Position numbers and translations under genes: made by a program. From positions 39,002,979 to 39,066,978 of the forward strand of contig NC_081383.1 in assembly GCF_030684315.1 (NCBI RefSeq): DNA of 64,000 nucleotides. Direction: 5' to 3'. The first letter of the stretch is position 1, and each line of letters begins with the position of its first letter. Positions 12,997 to 24,200 of this stretch are shown piece after piece. Under the pieces are notes generated by a model, which was given only the letters and a program-made list of their open reading frames with translations, did no database searches and had not been told where the DNA came from. The stretch is from Stegostoma tigrinum (Eukaryota).

Positions 12997-14219
12997 ATAA
13001 CTGAGACGGAGTATGAGTCACATTCAGTGTATATATTGATTATTCCCCTCGTCTGGTTCCTGCTCTCACAGATTTCTGGTGCAGGTCAATGGGCTGAGTC
13101 TAAATCTCTTAACCCTGTTGGTTGTAACGACTGGTCTAAAGCTTTTCTCACAACTCAAGCCTCTCATTCTTTAATACAAGTGGTCTTAATTTCCATCAAA
13201 TCTCTCCCACTGCCTCACCATAATGTTGTTGGTTCTACTGTGAAAAACCCCAAAGGGTTTTACACTCAATAGAGAACTGACAGGAAGTTTAACAATCCCA
13301 TCAGAGGACTGGCAATAGAAATGGGGCATGTTTGTAAATTGTGGTTGGTGGTTCTAACAAACTAACCTAACAAACGTTTAGAATATTGGGAAGTTGCCTG
13401 AATTGTAACACTTCATTTAGCAGCAATTCTATTGCACAATCAGAAATCCCTCAGACTCTGCCACCTGGATGCTCTGATCTCGGGAGGTAGGGAGCAAATA
13501 AGTCATTACATCTCCATCGCAATGTTCACCTGGAAATAGTGCCCTCCGTTATAGTCAATTGAATAGCTGTGACTAAATCAGCAAATAACTCTTAACATGA
13601 CATTTAAATATTTATAACAAGCCTGTAAATGGCTACCACTGCATCCAAAATATGACCTCAAATTTGGAAGATTTTCAAACAAGTGAGTTATTATTTGGGC
13701 CTTGAAGTTAAAATATAATTAGGTCTGATCTGGAAAAGTTGCTCTGTTTGGTATTTATTGTGAAAGCCACAAAGACCCACACTACAATAATCAACAAGGT
13801 CATCACAACAAGTTGCCCTGTCCTTAAGTGTGTTTCTCACATATTTTTCCCTCCTTGTTCACTCTCTTTTTCCCTATCACTGAATTTCTCAATGAGAACT
13901 GCAAGGTTATATTAATACCTTGTCTCAGTCATTCCAAACACAGGCAAATGAATCTTGCCGTGTCCCTTCCCATGACCAGCATAGATGGACAGATACCACT
14001 CCGTCCAGTTGCTCTCCAGTGCCTGGAAAACTATCCTGCACAAAATGTAACTCTAACCCTGACCGTAACCCTGCTCACTCAAAAAAAAACAAGTAAATTT
14101 GGAAAAGCCGACTGTGAGTAAATTTAGCGCCAGCTCAAAGTGGAGATTTTACATTTCTGGTTAACTTGCTGAATCAATGTTTTGATTGCTGGAAATTGAG
14201 CCAATGTGTAATAATGAAT

Positions 14220-14585
14220 GGGGCAAGAAGGATAGCCTTCCTTATGAGGAGTGATTCGGCAGTGTAGGAAGATTATCACTAGAGATTTGAAGAATGAGAG
14301 GAGATCTAATTGAGTTGTACAAGATGCCAAAGGGATTGACAAAATAGATGTAGAGAGGATGTTTCCTCTCATGGAGCAATCCAGAAAGAGGGGTAACAGA
14401 TTTAGGCTGAGGGGTATGCAAATGAGAAGAAATTATTTCTTTCAAAGGTTTGTGAATCTATGGAATTAACTATCCCAGAGTGGATTGGATGTCGGGGCAC
14501 TGAGTAAATTTAAGGAGAAGTTCGATAGATTTTGAGGCTTGAGGGGTTGAATTGCTTACTTCTGCTCATAGGTCTTACATTGTTC
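14220..14585 (+). mobile_element. Old CR1 3' fragment; mirror at ~23050-23416
   Basis: Degenerate AGAATGAGAGGAGATCTAATTGAG (RMRGDLIE) and GTGAATCTATGGAAT (VNLWN) motifs. Confidence 0.65.
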
Positions 14586-15326
14586 CATTTGGTCAGGATT
14601 CAGCAGAGGAATGCTTCAGGATTAAGCAACAAGAAGTAAGAGAGTAGCTGATCACATAGGAGTTAATTATCTTCAGTCACTATTTTGATTCTAATTTCAC
14701 CAATTATTTCTCTTTGCTTATGGTAAATAATTGGGACAGAAACTGCTGATTGGACATTAGATCTTATTCCTGAAATGAAAACCAGTTTTCGCTGGGCATT
14801 TAAGAGAACAATGTTAATGCTGTAGCTGGTTTCATTTGAGTATCTCAGCCAAGGTCTGGAGAATTCCCGTAACTTCATAAAACAGTGAGTGGATTGCAAT
14901 GGCGTAGGGTTGTCATAAACTTGAAAGGAAGAACCTGCACATGTCTGACAATCCTAAACATTGGACAGCCAATGGTTATTTGTGAAGTGAAGTTGATGCT
15001 GTTTTGTGAGAGAATGAAGCAATGAGCTTATTTAATTTCTGTGCTGTTGGTTGAAAGATAAATGTTGACCAGACACCTGGAGAAATCCACAGCTCTCCAT
15101 CAGATCATACTGTGGAATCTTTCTCATCCGTATGAGAGAACAGAGAGAAACGGAAATGCAAAGATTCATTCTATAGACTGTTCCCTGACAATGCAGCATT
15201 TTCTCAACACACTGAAATGTCAGCCTTTACAATGTATTTAAAGCCTGGAGTATGGTTTGAATTCACAAGTGTCCTGACAATGATAGAAGAATATTAAGAA
15301 AAAACCAAAACTAGACACACCAAATT

Positions 15327-16352
15327 AGAGATAATGGGAACTGCAGATGCTGGAGATTCCAAGATGATGAAATGTGAGGCTGGATGAACACAGCAGGCCA
15401 AGCAGCATCTCAGGAGCACAAAAGCTGACGTTTCGGGCCTAGACCCTTCATCAGAGAGGGGGATGGGGGGAGGGAACTGGAATAAATAGGGAGAGAGGGG
15501 GAGGCGGACCGAAGATGGAGAGTAAAGAAGATAGGTGGAGAGGGTGTAGGTGGGGAGGTAGGGAGGGGATAGGTCAGTCCAGGGAAGACGGAGAGGTCAA
15601 GGAGGTGGGATGAGGTTAGTAGGTAGCTGGGGGTGCGGCTTGGGGTGGGAGGAAGGGATGGGTGAGAGGAAGAACCGGTTAGGGAGGCAGAGACAGGTTG
15701 GACTGGTTTTGGGATGCAGTGGGTGGGGGGGAAGAGCTGGGCTGGTTGTGTGGTGCAGTGGGGGGAGGGGATGAACTGGGCTGGTTTAGGGATGCAGCGG
15801 GGGAAGGGGAGATTTTGAAACTGGTGAAAGGTTGCAGGAACAGCAACTCATATTCCGCCTGGGAACCCTGCAGCCATATGGTATCAATATGGACTTCACC
15901 AGTTTCAAAATCTCCCCTTCCCCCACTGCATCCCTAAACCAGCCCAGTTCATCCCCTCCCCCCACTGCACCACACAACCAGCCCAGCTCTTCCCCCCCAC
16001 CCGCATCCCAAAACCAGTCCAACCTGTCTCTGCCTCCCTAACCGGTTCTTCCTCTCACCCATCCCTTCCTCCCACCCCAAGCCGCACCCCCAGCTACCTA
16101 CTAACCTCATCCCACCTCCTTGACCTGTCCGTCTTCCCTGGACTGACCTACCCCCTCCCTACCTCCCCACCTACACCCTCTCCACCTATCTTCTTTACTC
16201 TCCATCTTCGGTCCGCCTCCCCCTCTCTCCCTATTTATTCCAGTTCCCTCCCCCCATCCCCCTCTCTGATGAAGGGTCTAGGCCCGAAACGTCAGCTTTT
16301 GTGCTCCTGAGATGCTGCTTGGCCTGCTGTGTTCATCCAGCCTCACATTTTA
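15327..16352. mobile_element. 5'-truncated Penelope-like element with inverted pLTR (~457-bp arm palindrome)
   Basis: 15370-15828 is a near-perfect reverse complement of 15895-16350. The loop plus start of the right arm encodes RLQEQQLIFRLGTLQPYGINMDF, resembling the C-terminus of PLE GIY-YIG endonucleases. Confidence 0.85.
16266..16293 (+). ncRNA. Minimal hammerhead-ribozyme-like motif in Penelope pLTR (antisense copy at 15427-15454)
   Basis: CTGATGA-AGGG.TCTAGG.CCC-GAAA-C-GTC: intact catalytic core boxes, a GGG/CCC stem II and a palindromic ACGT in place of stem III. Stem I is only ~2 bp in this copy. Confidence 0.55.
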
Positions 16353-16453
16353 TTAAACATTCCTCATGTTGCCTGAGTTTACTGGTATTTAACTGAACCA
16401 TCCCAATTAGGAGGTTCTCAGATTCCATTAGCAGCCTGACCTGATTCACTGGT

Positions 16454-16639
16454 GTAGAGCTGGATGAACAAAGCAGGCCAAGCAGCATCAGAGGAGCAGG
16501 AAGGCTGACATTTCTGAAGAAGGGTCTAGGCCCAAAACATCAACTTTCCTGCTCCTCTGATGCTGCTTGGCCTGCTGTGTTCATCTATCTCTACATGTCA
16601 TTATCTCAGATTCTTCAGCATTGGCAGTTCCTACTATCT
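16454..16639. mobile_element. Palindromic Penelope pLTR mini-element with ~13-nt TSD
   Basis: Self-complementary halves around CTGAAGAAGGGTCTAGGCCCAAAAC. CTGATTCAC(T/C)GGT at 16441-16453 and 16640-16652. Confidence 0.75.
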
Positions 16640-17194
16640 CTGATTCACCGGTTTCAGCTGAGGTTGCAAATGGGCCTAGAATTGGAACTTCCTAACAAAT
16701 TGTTGCCTCTTTTTAGGAGAGGGAAAGGAGGCTGTAATTTTGAACTGGAATCCCACATCTCACAATTAGCCTTTATGTCACTTTCCTGATCCAATTGATC
16801 TTTCATCATTTTTCCAATGATTTTAATCAAGATAAGACATTGGAGTCAGGAATGCCATTGATCTGAATGATGGGTTTTAATCAGCCCCCACAGGGGGCTA
16901 AGGACCATTTCTTTTCCCCAGGACCCCACAACACACCTGCCCTGTTAACAGATTTAACACCTGGAAATTGTCAAGAAATACAAAAATCAATAAGAAGGTG
17001 CTTCCACAGGTAAACAGAAGTAATGCGAGCTAAAGTGAGCATACGATCCTTGGAGAATTGTTAATGGGGTACACAGAAACATCAGATCTTTTGAACAAAT
17101 ATATTGCATCAGCATTCATGAAGGGGGACAGTAATCATTCTAAAGATACCATATCAGTTAGGTGCTGGTGGGAGGAATGGTCTTCTAACATTCT

Positions 17195-20100
17195 CTATTT
17201 TGAGTGCGAGCAGCAGCGGAGGTAAGATGGACCCGGAAGAGTGCAGCTAAGGTAATGCAGTTTATTTTTAAAATTACTTACCGGTAGCGGGCAGCGGTGT
17301 TTTTCTCTTTCACAGAAGGAGCGGGAGCAGCAGAGGAAGTGACGAGGACCAGAGGGGCAGCCGGGAAGGAAAGCAGTGACCATATATATCAGCAAGGCGG
17401 TGTAGGAGGGAGGGCTTCAGATATGTAGATAATTGGGATGCCTTCTGGGGAAGGTGGGACCTGTACAAGAAGGACGGGTTGCATCTGAACTGGAAGGGGA
17501 CCAATGTCCTGGGTGGAAGGTTTGCTCGAGTAGTTCGAGAGGGTTTAAACTAGTATGGCAGGGGGGTGGGAACCTGAGCTGTGTACCGGAGGTGAGAGTT
17601 GATGCAGGTGAGGCAGTAGCAAGAGGTAGACCAGCTAGTGGGAAGGATTTTCCTGGGAAGGAACCAAGGGATCAGTTAAAGTGTGTTAGCTTTAACGCAA
17701 GGAGTATCAGGAATAGAAGTGATGAACTTAGAGCATGGATCAGTACCTGGTGCTATGATGTTGTGGCCATAACAGAGACATGGGTTTCTCGTGGGCAGGA
17801 TTGGTTGCTGGGTATTCCAGGGTTTAGAACATTTAAAAAGAATAGGGAGGGGGGGAAAAGAGGAGGGGGTGTAGCACTACTAATCAGAGAGGGTTACAGT
17901 TACGGGGAGGAAAGGGGACAGGCAGACAGTGCAGAGATCCCCTTACCATCCCCTTACCCTTACCATCACAGCTACAGAAACTTCCATTGTTGAGGAAGAT
18001 CTGCCTACTGAGTCAGTGTGGGTGGAAATTAGGAACAGCAAGGGAGTAGTCACCTCGTTAGGGGTTTACTACAGGCCCCCCAATAGCAGCAGGGAGATTG
18101 AAGAAAGCATAGGTCGACAGATTTTGGAAAAGTGTGGACGTAGTCAGGTTGTTGTAATGGGTGACTTTAACTTTCCTAATATTGATTGGAACCTCCTTCG
18201 AGCAGAAGATTTGAATGGAGCTTTTTTTGTAAGGTGTGTTCAGGAGGGTTTCCTAACGCAGTACGTTGACAGGCCGACGAGGGGAGAGGCCATTCCAGAC
18301 TTGGTGCTCGGAAACGAGCCGGGGCAGGTATCAGATCTTGTGGTGGGAGAGCATTTTGGTGATAGTGACCATAACTGCCTCACATTCTACATAGCTATGG
18401 AGAAGGAGAGGATTAGGCAAAATGGGAGGTTATTTAATTGGGGAAGAGGAAACTAAGACGTGATTAGACATGAGTTAGGAAGCTTGGACTGGGAGCAATT
18501 GTTCCATGGTAAGGGCACTATAGACATGTGGAGACTGTTTAAGGAACAGTTGTTGCGAGTGATGAGTAAATACGTCCCTCTGAGACAGGCAAGAAGGCGT
18601 AAGATAAAGGAACCTTGGATGACGAGAGCGGTGGAGCTTCTTGTGAAAAGGAAGAAGGTAGCTTACATAAGGTGGAGGAAGCTAGGGTCAAGTTCAGCTA
18701 GAGAGGATTACACGCAGGCAAGGAAGGAGCTCAAAAATGGTCTGAGGAGAGCCAGGAGGGGGCACGAGAAAGGCTTGGCAGAACGAATTAGGGAAAACAC
18801 AAAGGCATTTTACACTTATGTGAGGAATAAGAGAATGATCAAAGAAAGAGTAGGGCCGATCAGGGACAGCATAGGGAACTTGTGTGTGGAGTCTGAGGAG
18901 GTAGGGGAATCCCTTAATGAGTTTTTTGCTTCTGTCTTTACGAAAGAAACAAACTTTGTAGTGAATGAAACCTTTGAAGAGCAGGTGTGCATGCTGGAAT
19001 GGATAGAGATAGAGGAAGCTGATGTGCTGAAAATTTTGTCAAACATTAAAATTGACAAGTCGCCAGGCCCGGACCAGATTTGTCCTCGGCTGCTTTGGGA
19101 AGCGAGAAATGAAATTGCTTCGCCTCTTGCGAAGATCTTTGCATCATCGCTCTCCACTGGAGTCGTACCTGAGGACTGGAGAGAGGCAAATGTAATTCCT
19201 CTCTTCAAGAAAGGAAATAGGGAAATCCCCGGCAATTACAGACCAGTAAGTCTCACGTCTGTCGTCTGCAAGGTGTTAGAAAGGATTCTGAGGGATAGGA
19301 TTTATGGCCATATGGAAGAGCATGGCTTGATCGAATACAGTCAACACGGCTTTGTGAGGGGTAGGTCATGCCTCACAAACCTTATCGAGTTTTTTGAGGT
19401 TGTGGCTAGAAAAGTTGATGAGGGTCGAGCTGTGGATGTGGTGTATATGGACTTTAGTAAGGCATTTGACAAGGTTCCCCATGGTAGGCTCATTCAGAAG
19501 GTCAGGAGGAATGGGATACAGGGGAACTTAGCTGCATGGATACAGAATTGGCTGGCCAACAGAAGACAGCGAGTGGTAGTAGAAGGAAAATATTCTGCCT
19601 GGAAGTCAGTGGTGAGTGGGGTTCCACAGGGCTCTGTCCTTGGGCCTCTATTGTTTGTAATTTTTATTAATGACTTGGATGAGGGGATTGAAGGATGGGT
19701 CAGCAAGTTTGCAGACGACACAAAGGTCGGAGGTGTTGTTGACAGTATAGAGGGCTGTTGTAGGCTGCAGCGGGACATTGACAGGATGCAGAGATGGGCT
19801 GAGAGGTGGCAGATGGAGTTCAACCTGGATAAATGCGAGGTGATGCATTTTGGAAAGTCGAATTTGAAAGTTGAGTACAGGATTAAGGATAGGATTCTTG
19901 GCAGTGTGGAGGAACAGAGGGATCTTGGTGTGCAGATACATAGATCCCTTAAAATGGCTACCCAAGTGGACAGGGTTGTTAAGAGAGCATATGGTGTTTT
20001 GGCTTTCATTAACAGGGGGATTGAGTTTAAGAGTCGTGAGATCTTGTTGCAGCTCTATAAAACTTTGGTTAGACCGCACTTGGAATACTACGTCCAGTTC

Positions 20101-20600
20101 TGGTCGCCGTATTATAGGAAAGATGTGGGTGCTTTGGAGAGGGTTCAGAAGAGGTTTACCAGGATGCTGCCTGGACTGGAGGGCTTATCTTATGAAGAGA
20201 GGTTGACTGAGCTCGGTCTCTTTTCATTGGAGTAAAGGAGGAGGAGAGGGGACCTAATTGAGGTATACAAGATAATGAGAGGCATAGATAGAGTTGATAG
20301 CCAGAGACTATTTCCCAGGGCAGAAATGGCTAGCACGAGGGGTCATAGTTTTAAGCTGTTTGGTGGAAAGTATAGAGGGGATGTCAGAGGCCGGTTCTTT
20401 ACACAGAGAGTTGTGAGAGCATGGAATGCGTTGCCAGCAGCAGTTGTGGAAGCAAGGTCATTGGGGTCATTTAAGAGGCTGCTGGACATGCATATGGTCA
20501 CAGAAATTTGAGGGTGCATACATGAGGATCAATGGTCGGCACAACATTGTGGCCTGAAGGGCCTGTTCTGTGCTGTACTGTTCTATGTTCTATGTTCTAT
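17195..20600 (+). mobile_element. Young CR1 LINE: 5'UTR, ORF1 C-terminus, ORF2 and (TTCTATG)n tail
   Basis: ORF1 end ...DNWDAFWGRWDLYKKDGLHLNWKGTNVLGGRFARVVREGLN* (stop 17551-17553); ORF2 with EN and RT motifs; tail TTCTATGTTCTATGTTCTAT at 20581-20600. Confidence 0.95.
17541..20511 (+). pseudogene. CR1 ORF2 (APE endonuclease plus reverse transcriptase), disrupted
   Basis: Motifs NARSIRN, ITETW, YRPPN, GDFN, SDHN, NYRPVSLTS, QHGF, DFSKAFD, GVPQGSVLGP and KFADD. Lesions: a ~70-nt frameshifting insert at ~17895-17964 and in-frame TAA stops at 18454 and 20233. Confidence 0.92.
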
Positions 20601-20624
20601 TAGCTTGGGCTTGACAGGCTGAAT

Positions 20625-21255
20625 GCTTACATCCACCAGTTTATAGTGTTTCCCATTGACCACAAGTTGGACTGGAGCTGCCAGACTAACACTATTGTGA
20701 GAGACACAGGGCAGAAGCTGCATATTCTGAGACAAGTGCCTCATCTCCTGACCCTTCACAGCCTCCCTAAAACTGACAAGCTCCAGGTCAGGAGTGCAAT
20801 GGAATAATCACTGCTCACCTGGAAGGAGCAGCTACAACACTGTCCAGCACAGAGCAATTCACTCGATTGAGGTTCCTGCTACTAGACTCCATTTCTCCTG
20901 CAGCACCTACTGCCCTGCAGCTGCAGAATGTACTGTCTACAGAATGAACTGTAACAAATCACTAAGGTTACTCCTTCCCTTACAACCTCTACCACTGAGG
21001 GGACCAGGGCAGCCGTGTCTTATGTAAAAACCATACCTTCACACTCCCCTCCCAGTCCCACAGCATCCTGGCCTGGGCACATATTGCTGCGGTCTTGTCA
21101 GTGTCATTGCCTTGGGACCCCTAAGACCATTGTGGGAGCACCTCCACTACCAGTAATGCAACAATTTCAATAGAAGGTCCTGCACCACCTTCTCAAGGCA
21201 GTTCGGGATGGGAGATAAGTGCTGACATTATCAGCATCGTCCATATCCTGAGAGC
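20625..21255 (+). mobile_element. Old LINE 3' fragment (same family as 8190-9345)
   Basis: Degenerate CCATTGACC...GTCAGGAGTG...CACCACCTTCTCAAGG...GGGATGGG...TGCTG tail. Confidence 0.6.
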
Positions 21256-24200
21256 AAATATTAAATCAGAACTGGAAATAGGAGAAGCTCATTGAGAAGA
21301 TGATTTGAAACAAGTTAAACCACTTTCCCAAATCGCTCTGACCCATTTGGACATGCACATGAGCACATGAGAATGAGCACTGAACCCATTGCACTCCACC
21401 GAAACAATCATGCATAAGTGAGTAGTCTTGTATTAACAAGCTCATCGTGAAGTGAACCTGTGCTCTGACAGCCGCTATGCGAAATAGCAGGTTTTTCCAC
21501 ATTATATGGATACATCGCATTGCAAGACCACTCCTCTGATCTTTTGCAATATCTTTCATTGTGAAGTTTGATGATTAACAAATTAAGTGTGATGTCTTCC
21601 AGAATGCAGAATCAAATTCCACTTTTATAAGTTTACACAAAGATATCCATTACCACCTTTGTCAAATGTTTGATTAACTTTCCAATTTATATAGATCATT
21701 GAACAAAATTAATGTGATAAAATGTATGTGACTGACACTGTGCTCCATTCCAGCCAGCTCACTACAACCACAGAAATATGCAGTGCCCAGTTCAACAGCA
21801 GCACAGGTCTAAAGTGTCATTGTTACATTAGATCCTGTCTTTTTTAACTTTAAGTTTCACTGAGCATAATAATTTTATAAACTTCAGGTAAGTGTCAACT
21901 ACCTTTCCTGGAATGAGCTGTCACATGCAGGCCAGTGCAGTTGAGGACAGCTAATTTCCTTCCCACATACCTGGCTGCAACAGAGGTGCACTCAAAACAA
22001 CCTGATATCTGTACTGAAGTTTCCATTCCAGATGAAGCTTCTTATCTAAATTCAATTTCATGAACTGCCATTGTGCGATTTGAACTGGTGTCTCTGGATT
22101 ATGCATTCGGCTCAGTAAGGGTGCACAGACATATGAAATGAGGCAGGAGGTTAGCACAAAATAATAGAGCTGATGCAGGTACAATGGGCGGAATGGCCAT
22201 ATTCAACACCTTAGTAATTCTGTGATCCTGGTTCTGTGATCCACTAATATAACCACATTAGCAATGTTCCCATATAAACAGTAAACGTTACAGTGACCAT
22301 GGAAATCTCTAATTTGGTGTGTCTAGTTTTGGTTTTTTCTTAATATTCTTCTATCATTGTCAGGACACTTGTGAATTCAAACCATACTCCAGGCTTTAAA
22401 TACATTGTAAAGGCTGACATTTCAGTGTGTTGAGAAAATGCTGCATTGTCAGGGAACAGTCTATAGAATTAATCTTTGCATTTCCGTTTCTCTCTGTTCT
22501 CTCATACGGATGAGAAAGATTCCACAGTATGATCTGATGGAGAGCTGTGGATTTCTCCAGATGTCTGGTCAACATTTATCTTTCAACCAACAGCACAGAA
22601 ATTAAATAAGCTCATTGCTTCATTCTCTACAAAACAGCATCAACTTCACTTCACAAATAACCATTGGCTGTCCAATGTTTAGGATTGTCAGACATGTGCA
22701 GGTTCTTCCTTTCAAATTTATGACAACCCTACACCATTGCAATCCACTCACTGTTTTATGAAATTATGGGAATTCTCCAGACCTTGGCTGAGGTACTCAA
22801 ATGAAGCCAGCTGCAGCATCAACATTGTTCTCTTAAATGCCCAGCGAAAACTGTTTTTCATTTCAGGAATAAGATCTAATGTCCAATCAGCAGTTTCTGT
22901 CCCAATTATTTACCATAAGCAAAGAGAAATAATTGGTGAAAATAGAATAAAAATAGTGACTGAAGATAATTAACCCCTATATGGTCAGCTACTCTCTTAC
23001 TTCTTGTTGCTTAATCGTGAAGCATTCCTCTGCTGAATCCTGACCAAATAGAACTATGTAAGACCTATGAGCAGAAGTAAGCAATTCAACCCCACAAGCC
23101 TCGAAATCTATCGATCTCCTCCTTAAATTAATTCAGTGCCCCGACATCCAATCCACTCTGGGATAGTTAATTCCATAGATTCACAAACCTTTGAAAGAAA
23201 TAATTTCTTCTCATTTGCATACCCCTCAGCCGAAATCTGTTACCCCTCTTTCTGGATTGCTCCATGAGAGGAAACATCCTCTCTACATCTATTTTATCAA
23301 TCCCTTTGGCATCTTGTACAACTCAAAGAGGTCTCCTCTCATTCTTCATAACTTTAGTGATTATAGGCCTACACTGCCGAATCACTCCTCGTAAGGAATG
23401 CTATCCTTCTTGCCCCATTCATTATTACACATTGGCTCAATTTCCAGCAATCAAAACATTGATTCAGCAAGTCAACCAGAACTGTAAAATCTGCACTTTG
23501 AGCTGGCGCTAAATTTACTCACAGTCGGCTTTTCCAAATTTACTTGTTTTTTTTGTCAGTGAGCAGGGTTACGGTCAGGGTTAGAGTTACATTTTGTGCA
23601 GGATAGTTTTCCAGGCACTGGAGAGCAACTGGACGGAGTGGTATCTGTCCATCCATGGTGGTCATGGGAAGGGACACGGCAAGATTAATTTGCCTGTGTT
23701 TGGAATGACTGAGACAAGGTATTAATATAACCTTGCAGTTCTCATTGAGAAATTCAGTGATAGGGAAAAAGAGAGTGAACAAGGAGGGAAAAATATGTGA
23801 GAAACACACTTAAGGACAGGGCAACTTGTTGTGATGACCTTGTTGATTATTGTAGTGTTGATCTTTGTGGCTTTCAAAATAAATACCAAACAGAGCAACA
23901 TTTCCAGATCAGACCTAATTATATTTTAACTTCAAGGTCCAAATAATAACTCACTCGTTTGAAAATCTTCCAAATTTGAGATCATATTTTGGATGCAGTG
24001 GTAGCCATTTACAGGCTTGTTATAAATATTTAAATGTCATGTTACATTTTCAAGCAAAAATGTGTAGAAAAGAGTTATTTGCTGATTTAGTCACAACTAT
24101 TCAATTGACTGTAACGGAGGTCACTATTTCCAGGTGAACATTGCGACGGAGATGTAATGACTTATTTGCTCCCTACCTCCCGAGATCAGAGCATCCAGGT

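Larger units (their letters stand above)
1..15332 (+). repeat. Left arm of giant inverted repeat (may extend beyond window start)
   Basis: Reverse complement of 22305-37561 throughout: position 1 ATTGTAGAGT pairs with ACTCTACAAT at 37552-37561, and ...CCAAATTAGAGAT (15332) pairs with ATCTCTAATTTGG (22305). The ORF track shows mirrored ORF pairs, e.g. 3737-4339+ / 33220-33822- and 9949-10455+ / 26998-27504-. Confidence 0.97.

Noticed and set aside
14052-14072. Telomere-like CTAACCCTGACCGTAACCCTG
   Set aside because: Only two degenerate units, too short to call an interstitial telomere.
15698-16022. Two opposite-strand ORFs both starting MDWFWDA...
   Set aside because: A by-product of the Penelope palindrome read antisense through low-complexity sequence.
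12786-16639. Recurring GGCCAAGCAGCATC / CAGCAGG repeats as a CRISPR-like array
   Set aside because: They are dispersed, inverted retroelement pLTR pieces without regular spacers, in a eukaryotic context with no cas genes.
18816-20079. Antisense ORFs of 139-171 aa
   Set aside because: Shadow frames of CR1 ORF2 with no independent motifs.
18460-20235. 591-aa ORF as an active reverse transcriptase gene
   Set aside because: It is the segment of CR1 ORF2 between two premature stops, and the endonuclease part is frameshifted.
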